DNA of 64,000 bases from Deltaproteobacteria bacterium. GTDB lineage: Bacteria > Desulfobacterota > Binatia > UBA12015. Within the stretch, counting starts at the first letter, position 1, and each line of letters opens with the position of its first letter. The position numbers were made by a program, and so were the translations under genes. This document shows, piece by piece, positions 55,752 through 64,000 of this stretch. The DNA is taken from contig JAYGCM010000075.1 in NCBI GenBank assembly GCA_046583355.1, positions 1-64,000 of the forward strand. Reading direction: 5' to 3'. Below the pieces are notes generated by a model. That model was not told where the DNA came from, did no database searches, and saw only the letters and a program-made list of their open reading frames with translations.

Positions 55752-57503
55752 TCAGGCGCCCGCAGCCTCGCCGGCCTCCCAGAGCCGGCCTTCCAGGTCT
55801 TCGGCGGAGAAGGTCGGGGGCAGCAACTCGGCGGCTTGGCGGGCGGGGGCCTGGATCAGGTCGTGGGCAAGGCTGCGGAAAATGGTTTGCCAGGCGGGCA
55901 GGGTCCATTTGCCGAAATGCGTGCTCGCCCCTTCGTAATCCTGCACCTCGTACTCCTCTGGTGTCGTCACATAGCCGGCATAGCCGTTGGCGTAGCCGGC
56001 GATGATGACCTCGTCTACGCCCAGGCTGGCAAGTTCGGTTTTCAGCATCGCCTCAAGTCGACGCCCGGAGACCGTGGTGAGTTCATGCGGGATGGCCGCA
56101 ATCGCGATATTGCCGATCACCAGCAATTGCGCAGGCAGGATATTGGGCGTCCACGGCTTGGGCTCGGCCAAGCCGTGGGGGTCGAGTTTGCGCAGCATCC
56201 GCACGGCGGGTGAGGCGTCCTTGCCGATCGGGAGCCGACGCAAACGGGTCATGCCGAGAAAACGATGCCGCGCCATCTCCATCACTGTGACCTTCACACC
56301 ATGGGCCGCGTCGTGGCGGCGTTGTCGCTCGCGTACGCCCGGCCCGCGCGGGACGAGTCGCCAGAGCGGGCGCAGGGCGGCCACGATCCGCTGTACGAAA
56401 AGCAGCCGGCGCGGCACGCCGGGGCCCTCGTCGGTGCCGAAGAACATGGCCATGCCGAGCTCGCCGGGGCCGGTCCGCAGGCCGGTATTTCCGCCTGCGA
56501 ACTCCGGATCGACCGCCGTATCGGCCAGGTCGGAGTAGCATTGCAGGGCCAGAAGCCGCTCGGCCAAGGGTTCGTTCTGCGCGGCGTTCTTGAGTACCTC
56601 TTGGGCCTTGCGGAATTGCAGATCGCCGTTGAATTCCGCACTGGCGTCGTCGTCGGGATACATGCCGCGCACGAAGCTCTTGCCCTCGTGCTTCTTGAAA
56701 TTGGGCGTGACGTCGCCCGTCGTGGCCTGTGCGAACGCGCCGACAAAGCCCTCGCCCTCGGCGGCCTCGAGCATGGCGGCGGCGTAGCCCTTGTTGTCGA
56801 AATGCACCTGTCGGTTGTCGCTATGCACACTCGTGCCGTGCACGCCGAAGAAATTGAACTCGCCGATACAGGTGCCGTCGGCACGGTCGAAACGAAGCAG
56901 CCGCATGCGCCGGTCGAGTGCCAGATGGCGATGCGCCTGATCGACCTGCGCGACCTCGGGGTTCTGGTTGTAGGAGGCGATCGAGCGATTGAAGGCGACT
57001 TCCTGGTCATCTGCGAAGGTGCCGCTGGCAAATCGGATCGTGCCGGGCCGAAGGGCCGCGGCTGCCAGGCGGATGGCTTCGACGATCGCCGTGACGACGC
57101 AGCCGAAGAACTCGGGTGCGAAGCCGGGCGCCTCCAACCCGTAGAAGCCGTATTGGGAATAGCCACCAGGCGCGCTGTGGGTATGGGTGGCGGTGAGAAG
57201 CACGTTGCGACGCTCGAGTTTGAGATCGGGTGCCTCCTCGGCGAGCCGCGCGAGGACGGCTTCACGTACCGCGAGACTGATGGCGAGAAGCTCGCAGCTG
57301 ACCATGGCGATCGTCTCCGTACGGCCCGCCGTCGCGCAGGGCGTGTCCGTATCGGGCGCCGGGGATGTACGCACGACGAAAGCGCGCGCCGAGATCGGTG
57401 TGGCGCTTCCCTCGACGAAATTCTCTGGTACCCCCCAACCGAACATGCCGATGCCGCGGACGCGGACCGGGATTTCTACCTTCGCGGATCCAATCTCCAT
57501 CAT
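55752..57503 (-). CDS. Neutral/alkaline ceramidase family protein
   Basis: ATHTHSAPGG, FNRS, VHGTS, DNKGYA, GDVTPN, YAGYVTTPEEY..Q.YEG. Confidence 0.9.
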   Translation of the reverse strand: MMEIGSAKVEIPVRVRGIGMFGWGVPENFVEGSATPISARAFVVRTSPAPDTDTPCATAGRTETIAMVSCELLAISLAVREAVLARLAEEAPDLKLERRNVLLTATHTHSAPGGYSQYGFYGLEAPGFAPEFFGCVVTAIVEAIRLAAAALRPGTIRFASGTFADDQEVAFNRSIASYNQNPEVAQVDQAHRHLALDRRMRLLRFDRADGTCIGEFNFFGVHGTSVHSDNRQVHFDNKGYAAAMLEAAEGEGFVGAFAQATTGDVTPNFKKHEGKSFVRGMYPDDDASAEFNGDLQFRKAQEVLKNAAQNEPLAERLLALQCYSDLADTAVDPEFAGGNTGLRTGPGELGMAMFFGTDEGPGVPRRLLFVQRIVAALRPLWRLVPRGPGVRERQRRHDAAHGVKVTVMEMARHRFLGMTRLRRLPIGKDASPAVRMLRKLDPHGLAEPKPWTPNILPAQLLVIGNIAIAAIPHELTTVSGRRLEAMLKTELASLGVDEVIIAGYANGYAGYVTTPEEYEVQDYEGASTHFGKWTLPAWQTIFRSLAHDLIQAPARQAAELLPPTFSAEDLEGRLWEAGEAAGA

Positions 57504-57676
57504 TGAATGAGTTTGCCGGGAAGCGGGGCCATTTGCCAGTTGCGGGGAGCCGAGCGCATCTCTGGGGAGATGGCATTCCCGGCCTGCGGGAGTCCGGTCG
57601 TGTTTTACGGACCGGCCTCGATCCGGGCCACGCGCATGCCGGGCAGGGAGGGGCGCGATGGCGCTGGCCCGAACGC

Positions 57677-57706
57677 AAAAAAGGCCGCTCTTGCGAGCGA
57701 CCTTTT
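57677..57706 (-). terminator. Intrinsic terminator after tRNA-fMet
   Basis: Minus strand AAAAGGTCGCTC-GCAA-GAGCGGCC-T6. Confidence 0.88.
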
Positions 57707-57713
57707 CCGTAAA

Positions 57714-57788
<75 letters not shown>

Positions 57789-57793
57789 CGTTT

Positions 57794-57822
57794 GCTTTAG
57801 CGAGCAGCGGGGAGGCTGTCAA
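57794..57822 (-). promoter_or_regulatory. Putative sigma70 promoter of tRNA-fMet
   Basis: TTGACA-N17-TAAAGC immediately upstream of the tRNA. Confidence 0.6.
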
Positions 57823-57845
57823 TTGTGCCTGTAAATAAAAGGGGA

Positions 57846-58193
57846 TTAGCGGCGTCCGCCGCCGCCACCCCAGCCGCCACCACCGCCGCCACGCGGGCCC
57901 GGGGCACCGATGGGGATGATCTTGGGAAGGATCCAAGGCATGTAGGGTCGGCCGCTGGTGAAGATACGTCGGCGTGCGCGTTTGATCTGTTCGCGCAGGA
58001 CGTTACGGCTGATGCCGGAGTCTTCCAGAGCGTCGCTGAGCTGCTGGTCGCTGAGGTCGGTCGATGCTTGGCCGTGTGAATGGCGCAGCATTACGTGCAG
58101 GCCACCCTCTTTGCCGGGGGTGATCTCCCATTTGAGAGTCTTGTCGATCGAGCGAACGAGTTCGCCAACGAGAGTCCTGTCCTCTTGCTCCAT
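57846..58193 (-). CDS. Hypothetical protein with Gly-rich C-terminus
   Basis: ATG-initiated 115-aa ORF with protein-like composition filling the gap. Confidence 0.75.
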   Translation of the reverse strand: MEQEDRTLVGELVRSIDKTLKWEITPGKEGGLHVMLRHSHGQASTDLSDQQLSDALEDSGISRNVLREQIKRARRRIFTSGRPYMPWILPKIIPIGAPGPRGGGGGGWGGGGGRR

Positions 58194-58236
58194 GGCAGCC
58201 CGTTAGCCAAGCGCGGCGCGGATCTCAACTTCCCCC

Positions 58237-58267
58237 TGTGGATTCATTGTGGATAGAGTGTGGAAAA
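58237..58267. promoter_or_regulatory. Three tandem DnaA-box-like 9-mers at 11-bp period
   Basis: TGTGGATTC (58237), TGTGGATAG (58248), TGTGGAAAA (58259) versus consensus TGTGGATAA. Confidence 0.65.
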
Positions 58268-58446
58268 ACGGGCGGTGTTTCGGGCGTTTTCGCAAGGCCG
58301 GGGCGGGTCGTGCAGCAATGCGCGACTTGGGTCCCGCAGCCGCCCCGTTGATAGGTGGTTTTTTCGAGGCATATGCTTTGCTTTAGGCTCTTGTCGGAAT
58401 AACTGGCCGGGATCCGAATTCCTGGCCCCTCACCTTCGGAGAGAAC

Positions 58447-58845
58447 GTGCCCCTTTCGAACGCCACCGTATTGGTCGTAGATGACGACTCCGAAATCCGT
58501 TTCCTGGTCAGGAGCGTGCTCGATCGCGCCGGCTATCATGTGCTCGAAGCGGGCGACGGCGATGCCGCGGTTGCGATGGCCGCAACCGGCCGACCGGACC
58601 TCATCCTGCTCGACATCTCCATGCCGGGCCGCGACGGAATCTCGGTCGCCACGGAGATCTGCTCGCGCAGCGGTCCCCGGCCCTTGCTGATCGCGCTCAG
58701 CGGCCGCCATCTTCCCAGCGAACGGGAACATGCGCTTGCCGCGGGCTGCGACCTCTTCCTGCCCAAGCCCTGTCCTCCCTCGCGTCTGCTCGAGACCGTC
58801 GCCGAACTCCTCGCCAGCCGCGTCCCGACCGCAATCGCGTCTTGA
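58447..58845 (+). CDS. Single-domain response regulator
   Basis: VLVVDDD, LLDISMP, ALSG, KP. Confidence 0.92.
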   Translation: MPLSNATVLVVDDDSEIRFLVRSVLDRAGYHVLEAGDGDAAVAMAATGRPDLILLDISMPGRDGISVATEICSRSGPRPLLIALSGRHLPSEREHALAAGCDLFLPKPCPPSRLLETVAELLASRVPTAIAS

Positions 58846-58952
58846 GGGCCGCGCCCTTGGAGGCCTTTTTCTGCGGCGTATTTCTGTATTCGGACCGATC
58901 CGGAGCGGCTATGCGTTGCACTTCTGCGGCGGATCTCTAGGAAAGGCCGATC

Positions 58953-59672
58953 ATGCCTGTCGCACGCCTTCGTCCGATCAGTCCGCATATTGCGGCGGTA
59001 GACCTGCATGGTCGCTTTCAGGTTGCGGCCTTTCTCGTGCGCCATGAAGAGGGGCTGCTGCTGGTCGATGCGGGCTTCCCCGGCTGGGGTTACGCCATTT
59101 TGACGGCCGCCTCGAGCCTGCCGGAACCGACCGGGATTACCGAAATCATCCTGACTCACGCGCACGCCGACCATATCGGCGGCACGCCCGAGATCGTCGA
59201 GCAGACCAACGCCAAGGTACTCGCCTCGGCCGAAGAGAAGCCTTTCATCGAGGGCCGCTCGCTGGCGAAGGCGGCCCGCGGTCTGGGCTCGCGTCTGACG
59301 CTGGCGCTCAATCACTTCACCCAGCAGCGTCGCATCACCGGCATTCGCGTCGACCGCACGCTCGCGCCAGGCGAGTCGATTCGCGGCCTTGAGGTGCTGG
59401 CGGTGCCCGGCCATACGCCCGGGCAGTTGGCCCTGATTCACCGCGCCGACGGTCTGATCCTCTGTGCGGATGCTCTCTTCAATATCGCCGGTGGGCCCGG
59501 ACTCGATCCCGTCCCCGGCATGACGGCGGATCCCGTAGCGGCGCTGGCTTCGATCGAGGCTCTGATGGCAACCGGCATCGAGGACCTCGCCCCGAGCCAC
59601 GGCCCCGCGATTCTCGGCGATGCGCAGGCGAAACTCAGCGTCCTTCACCGACGATTGAAGGACCGGCTCTGA
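58953..59672 (+). CDS. MBL-fold metallo-hydrolase
   Basis: THAHADHIG, PGHTPG, D and PSHG. Confidence 0.92.
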   Translation: MPVARLRPISPHIAAVDLHGRFQVAAFLVRHEEGLLLVDAGFPGWGYAILTAASSLPEPTGITEIILTHAHADHIGGTPEIVEQTNAKVLASAEEKPFIEGRSLAKAARGLGSRLTLALNHFTQQRRITGIRVDRTLAPGESIRGLEVLAVPGHTPGQLALIHRADGLILCADALFNIAGGPGLDPVPGMTADPVAALASIEALMATGIEDLAPSHGPAILGDAQAKLSVLHRRLKDRL

Positions 59673-59733
59673 CCCGGCCGGCCCGTGGCGGTACCTTGCG
59701 GAGGCCTTTTGCCGAAGCCTCTTGCTCGGTGGC

Positions 59734-59748
59734 GAACAAAAGACGAAG
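59734..59748 (+). promoter_or_regulatory. Candidate LexA (SOS) box of GAAC-N7-GAAC type
   Basis: GAAC-AAAAGAC-GAAG ending 8 nt before the dnaE2 ATG. Confidence 0.45.
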
Positions 59749-59756
59749 ATCCTGTC

Positions 59757-62700
59757 ATGCGGGCAGGTGGATATATCGAGTTGCGGTGTCGCAGTGCGTT
59801 CTCTTTTCTTGAGGGGGCGTCGCTGCCCGAAGAACTGGCCGGGCGTGCCATCGAGCTTGGCTACGGCGCTATGGCATTGGCTGACCGCGGCGGTTTGTAC
59901 GGCGCACCGCGCTTCTGGAAGGCCGCCCGCGACACAGGTTTGCGTGCGCTGGTCGGTGCTGAGGTAGAATTTGCGGAGGGGCGGCTGCTTCTGCTGGTGG
60001 AATCGGCGGCCGGCTACCGGCGCCTCTGCCGTCTGCTCACGCTTGGTCATTCCCGAACTCCCAGCAAAAGCGAACTCCGGCTTTCCTTGGCCGACCTCGA
60101 AGGCGAGAGCGGTGGCCTGGTTTGTCTTGCCGGTGGCGAGAGCAGCCCTCTGACCGAAGCTCTGCGTCGCGGCGATGCCCTGCGGGCGCGGCGCCATGTC
60201 TCGGTGCTGCGGGAACTTTTTCCGCGACGGCTCTGGGTGGATGTGCAGCGCTCGCGCAACCCTCGGGTCGAGCGGCGCAGCCGTGCGCTTGCGGACCTGG
60301 CCGATGCGACCTCATTGCCGTTGGTGGCGAGTGGCGATATCCGCTTTGCCACGCCGCAGGGGCAGAGCCTGCTGGATATCTTCGCCAGCATCCGGGCCGG
60401 AATTCCGCTCGACAGGCTCGGCCGCCACGCCCTGGTCAACGCCGAGCAATGCCTGGCCGCACCGCTTTGTGTCGCGCAGAGATTTTCGGACCGCCCAGCA
60501 TTGGTGCGCGAGAGCCTGCGCATTGCCGAGCGTCTGGAATTTACGCTCGACGACCTGGGCTATCGTTTTCCCGAGGCCGCTGTCCCGCCGGGGAATTCGC
60601 CGATCGCGCATTTGCGCAGGCTCACCTTTGCCGGTGCCGCGGGGCGCTATGGCGAGCCCCTGGCCGAGCGCGTGCGCCGCCAACTCGAGCATGAACTGGC
60701 GATTATCGGACGCCTGGATCTGGCTGGCTATTTCCTCATCGTGCACGATATCGTCCGCTTCTGCGGCGACCAAGGCATCCTCGTGCAGGGGCGCGGCTCC
60801 GCGGCCAATAGCGCGGTCTGCTACTCGCTGGGCATCACGGCGGTGGACGCCGTCGGCATGGACCTGCTCTTCGAGCGTTTTCTCTCCGAGGAGCGTGGGG
60901 AGTGGCCTGATATCGACCTTGACTTACCATCGGGTGCGCAGCGCGAGCGCGTGATCCAATATCTCTACCGCTCCTATGGCGGCGGCGGGCGCTCGCGGCC
61001 GGGCCCGAGCGGAGCGGGGCGGGTGCCGACGCTCGGCGCCGGCGTGGCGATGACGGCGAACGTCATCACCTACCGCCGGCGCGGTGCTTTGCGCGAGGCC
61101 GGCAAGGCCTTCGGACTGGCGCCGCTACAGGTCGATAGGCTCAGCCGCGAACTCGGGCGCCAGGGCCTGCGCGACTCCGAGGGCGGCCTGCGCGAGCGTT
61201 TTGCCGAGGCGGGTATCGACCTCACGTCGCGGCGCATGCAGCTTCTGGTCACCGCTGTCGATGCCATGGAGGGTCTGCCGCGCCACCTCGGCCAGCATTC
61301 CGGTGGCATGGTACTGGCTGCCGGCCGACTCGACGAGGTCGTCCCGCTCGAGCCAGCCAGCATGCCGGGGCGCAGCGTTGTGCAATGGGATAAAGAAGAT
61401 TGCGCCGACCTCGGTCTGATCAAAATTGATCTTCTCGGCCTCGGCATGCTGGCCGCACTCGAAGAAGCCATCCCTCTCATCCGTCAATCTTCGGGTGTGG
61501 AGATCGACCTGGCGAAATTGCCGCCGGATGATCCGAAGACCTACGCCATGATCCAAAAGGCCGATACGGTCGGTGTCTTCCAGATCGAATCGCGTGCCCA
61601 GATGGCGACCCTGCCGCGGCTCAAGCCGGCTACCTTCTATGACCTGGTGGTCGAGGTCGCGCTGATTCGTCCCGGCCCGATCGTCGGCAAGATGGTGCAT
61701 CCCTATTTGAACCGGCGCGCCGGTCGCGAAGATGTCCGCTATGCGCATCCCTGCCTGGAGCCGATCCTGCGCCGCACGCTCGGGGTACCGCTTTTCCAGG
61801 AGCAATTGCTGCGCATCGCTGTCACGGCGGCCGGTTTTCGCCCGGGTGAGGCTGAGGAGTTGCGTCGGGCGATGGGCTTCAAGCGCTCGACCGAGCGCAT
61901 GCGGGTGCTGGAGCTCAAGTTGCGCCGCGGGCTGGCCTCGCGCGGGATTCATGGTGCGGCCGCCGAAGAGATCCTGCTCGGCATCACCTCGTTTGCGATG
62001 TACGGCTTTCCGGAATCCCACGCCGCGAGCTTCGCCTTGATCGCCTATGCATCGGCCTACCTGAAGGCGCATTATCCGGCTGCTTTTCTCTGCGCTTTAC
62101 TCAACGCCTGGCCGATGGGCTTCTACCATCCCTCGACGCTGGTCTCCGACGCCCAACGCCACGGCGTCCGCGTGCTGCCGATCGATGTGCAGCATTCGGC
62201 GTGGGCCAATACGCTCGAGCAGCGCCGCGTGGGCGACGGCGACCCGGCCGTGCGCCTTGGCCTGCGTTTCATTCACGGCCTGCGCGCGACGGCCGGTGCA
62301 GCCCTGGTGCGCGAGCGGGGTGCCTCTCCCTTCCGCGACCTGGGTGATCTCGCGGCGCGCTCGGCGCTGCCGCGCAAGGATCTCGCGATGCTGGCACGCG
62401 CCGGCGCTCTGGCCGGCCTGGGCACGGGCGAGCGTCGCCAGGCACTTTGGCAGATCGCGGCCTTGCCCAGTGCCAAGGAGCCTTTGTTGCGCGAAGCCCT
62501 GACGCATCGGTCCGACCAGGATTCGCCTACGGCAGCAGGCGAGTCGGGCGGCCCGTCGCTCGCGCCCGGATTCCGCACGCCAGCGATGTCGCCGATCGAA
62601 GAGTTGCTGGCCGATTATGCAGCCACCGGCCTGACGACCGAGCCCCATCTGCTCGCACAATTACGACCTGATTTGGACAAAAGGGGCGTCCTTTCGGTCG

Positions 62701-63008
62701 CCCGACTGCAGAAAGCGGCGGCCGGAGCCGAGGTTCACGTGGCCGGCGCCGTGATCGTGCGTCAGCGCCCCCCGGCGGCCGGGGGCTTTTGTTTCCTCAC
62801 CCTCGAAGACGAAACCGGGCTCGGCAATGCCCTCCTGACGCCGAAGATTTACCAGCGTTTCCGCAGGGTTCTGCAGCAGAACTCGTTGCTCCTTCTGGCC
62901 GGAAGGGTGCAGAGCCAGGACGGCGTGGTGCACCTGCGCATCACCGCCATGGAGCCCCTGGGCCTTGCGAGTTCTACCGTGTTGCCGCCCTCACACGATT
63001 ATCATTGA
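59757..63008 (+). CDS. dnaE2: Error-prone DNA polymerase (DnaE2/ImuC)
   Basis: SAFSFLEGAS, GRGSAANS, PDIDLD, PRHLGQHSGG, QWDKED, FQIESRAQ, GFPESH, C-terminal SHDYH. Confidence 0.95.
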   Translation: MRAGGYIELRCRSAFSFLEGASLPEELAGRAIELGYGAMALADRGGLYGAPRFWKAARDTGLRALVGAEVEFAEGRLLLLVESAAGYRRLCRLLTLGHSRTPSKSELRLSLADLEGESGGLVCLAGGESSPLTEALRRGDALRARRHVSVLRELFPRRLWVDVQRSRNPRVERRSRALADLADATSLPLVASGDIRFATPQGQSLLDIFASIRAGIPLDRLGRHALVNAEQCLAAPLCVAQRFSDRPALVRESLRIAERLEFTLDDLGYRFPEAAVPPGNSPIAHLRRLTFAGAAGRYGEPLAERVRRQLEHELAIIGRLDLAGYFLIVHDIVRFCGDQGILVQGRGSAANSAVCYSLGITAVDAVGMDLLFERFLSEERGEWPDIDLDLPSGAQRERVIQYLYRSYGGGGRSRPGPSGAGRVPTLGAGVAMTANVITYRRRGALREAGKAFGLAPLQVDRLSRELGRQGLRDSEGGLRERFAEAGIDLTSRRMQLLVTAVDAMEGLPRHLGQHSGGMVLAAGRLDEVVPLEPASMPGRSVVQWDKEDCADLGLIKIDLLGLGMLAALEEAIPLIRQSSGVEIDLAKLPPDDPKTYAMIQKADTVGVFQIESRAQMATLPRLKPATFYDLVVEVALIRPGPIVGKMVHPYLNRRAGREDVRYAHPCLEPILRRTLGVPLFQEQLLRIAVTAAGFRPGEAEELRRAMGFKRSTERMRVLELKLRRGLASRGIHGAAAEEILLGITSFAMYGFPESHAASFALIAYASAYLKAHYPAAFLCALLNAWPMGFYHPSTLVSDAQRHGVRVLPIDVQHSAWANTLEQRRVGDGDPAVRLGLRFIHGLRATAGAALVRERGASPFRDLGDLAARSALPRKDLAMLARAGALAGLGTGERRQALWQIAALPSAKEPLLREALTHRSDQDSPTAAGESGGPSLAPGFRTPAMSPIEELLADYAATGLTTEPHLLAQLRPDLDKRGVLSVARLQKAAAGAEVHVAGAVIVRQRPPAAGGFCFLTLEDETGLGNALLTPKIYQRFRRVLQQNSLLLLAGRVQSQDGVVHLRITAMEPLGLASSTVLPPSHDYH

Positions 63009-63018
63009 GAAAGTTCTT

Positions 63019-63037
63019 GATAATGATTCTCATTATC
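63019..63037. promoter_or_regulatory. Fur box
   Basis: GATAATGATTCTCATTATC, 17/19 match to GATAATGATAATCATTATC, upstream of bfd. Confidence 0.88.
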
Positions 63038-63051
63038 CCGATAATAGGAGC

Positions 63052-63288
63052 ATGGTCGTCTGTCTTTGTCAGGGCATCTCGGAGAAACGCGTCCGCGCGG
63101 CAATCCGCACAGGTGCGTCGACCCGCAAGCAGGTAACCAAGGCCTGCCGCGCCGGCGGCGGCTGCGGCGGCTGCCACGAGGTCATCAAAGACCTGATCCG
63201 CGACGAGCAAGCGACGGCCCCCCGCAGCCCTGAGCGCGCTTCCGGCGACGTCGCTGGCCAAGCCCCGCTGATCGCCGTCCCAGGCTGA
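63052..63288 (+). CDS. bfd: Bacterioferritin-associated ferredoxin
   Basis: MVVCLC..AGGGCGGC; AGGAG RBS; Fur box upstream. Confidence 0.88.
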   Translation: MVVCLCQGISEKRVRAAIRTGASTRKQVTKACRAGGGCGGCHEVIKDLIRDEQATAPRSPERASGDVAGQAPLIAVPG

Positions 63289-63309
63289 GCCCGCCGCCGG
63301 GACTTTTCG

Positions 63310-63972
63310 TCAGCTGCCGGGGAGGGTTTTGCCGGCGGGCAGGATGCTGGCGCCGTTGGCGTTTTTCTTGGCGAGGAAGGCCAGGGTGCCTTGGACGCCC
63401 TTTTTGGAGAAGAGTTCCTGGACCTGGGAGCGGAAGTTGGCGACCAGGCTGATGTGTTCGACCACGACGTCGATCACACGCCACTGGCCCTTGATCTGGC
63501 GCAGGCGGTAATCGACCAGAATATCTTCGCCGCCGGGCTGGACGATACGTGTTTTGACGGTCCAGTCGCCGCGCGGCTCTTCGCGGTCGCTTGCGATTTC
63601 GATGGTCTGGTTGTCGAAGCGGTTGATGTTGCGGCTGTAGGTGACCGAGAGATGTTTCTGGAACTCGGTGGCGAAGGCTCGCTTCTCCTCGGTATTCAGG
63701 CGGCGCCAGTTTCGCGCGGCGACCAGGCGCGCGATGCTGGGGAAATGGAAGCGGCGGGCGGCGATCGCCTCGATCGCCTGGATCTGGCCCTTGTCGTCGA
63801 GGCTCGGGTCGCGCAGGACCACCAATACCTCATCGGTCATGGTGTCGACGAAGTCGGTCGGGGTGGCGGTCTCCGCGAACGCCGCCTGTGCCGTCAGGCC
63901 CAGCAGGCAGGCAAGTAGAAAGAAGGCCGCGCGGGCTCCTGGGCGTCGGTTGGTTGCAGGCAATCTCACCAT
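63310..63972 (-). CDS. mlaC: MlaC/Ttg2D phospholipid-binding periplasmic protein
   Basis: Signal peptide, VDYRL..WRVIDVVVEHISLVANFRSQ. Confidence 0.9.
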   Translation of the reverse strand: MVRLPATNRRPGARAAFFLLACLLGLTAQAAFAETATPTDFVDTMTDEVLVVLRDPSLDDKGQIQAIEAIAARRFHFPSIARLVAARNWRRLNTEEKRAFATEFQKHLSVTYSRNINRFDNQTIEIASDREEPRGDWTVKTRIVQPGGEDILVDYRLRQIKGQWRVIDVVVEHISLVANFRSQVQELFSKKGVQGTLAFLAKKNANGASILPAGKTLPGS

Positions 63973-64000
63973 TCCTCCTCGTCGAAGTCGTCGAAATAAT
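63966..64000 (-). CDS. 3' end of an upstream gene (..YFDDFDEEEW*), truncated by the window edge
   Basis: Acidic open frame whose stop overlaps the mlaC start region. Confidence 0.4.
   Translation of the reverse strand, partial: YFDDFDEEEW

Noticed and set aside
58200..58446. Chromosomal origin (oriC)
   Set aside because: Only three clear boxes, no AT-rich unwinding element, and no dnaA/dnaN/gidA context

Overview
GC-rich bacterial chromosome segment of a deltaproteobacteria-like lineage. The 16S sequence and gene style suggest Ca. Binatia or Myxococcota relatives; this is inference only. It opens with most of an rRNA operon (3' part of 16S, tRNA-Ile, tRNA-Ala, 23S, 5S). Then come mainly housekeeping and metabolic genes: a GcvT-family oxidoreductase with a choline-kinase-like partner, aceE, ilvB, and a tRNA-processing neighbourhood (tadA, five tRNAs, rnd, rnhB). 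Further on are PDH E2/E3/lipB, a GST-BFD-LON-MoeB-MoaD cluster, efp, a five-gene mevalonate operon, a DEAD-box helicase, a SelD fusion, a Cu-ATPase, enolase, lipid-acting enzymes, tRNA-fMet, a solitary dnaE2, Fur-boxed bfd and mlaC. The best candidate for an undescribed system is an unannotated structured minus-strand element downstream of efp (~26302-26665). It has its own promoter-like site and U-tail, three segments complementary to the 16S 3' tail (one 12 nt long) and a 15-aa sORF, and it sits next to an EF-P whose modifiable Lys is replaced by Asn. Other oddities are an RRM-HicB fusion, a BRCT-MerR-TPR protein, a tRNA-Leu 3' duplication, a decayed toxin-antitoxin-like pair, three phased DnaA-box-like sites and an SOS-box-like direct repeat before dnaE2. 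No CRISPR array or intact mobile element was seen. All calls come from reading the sequence; no searches were run.
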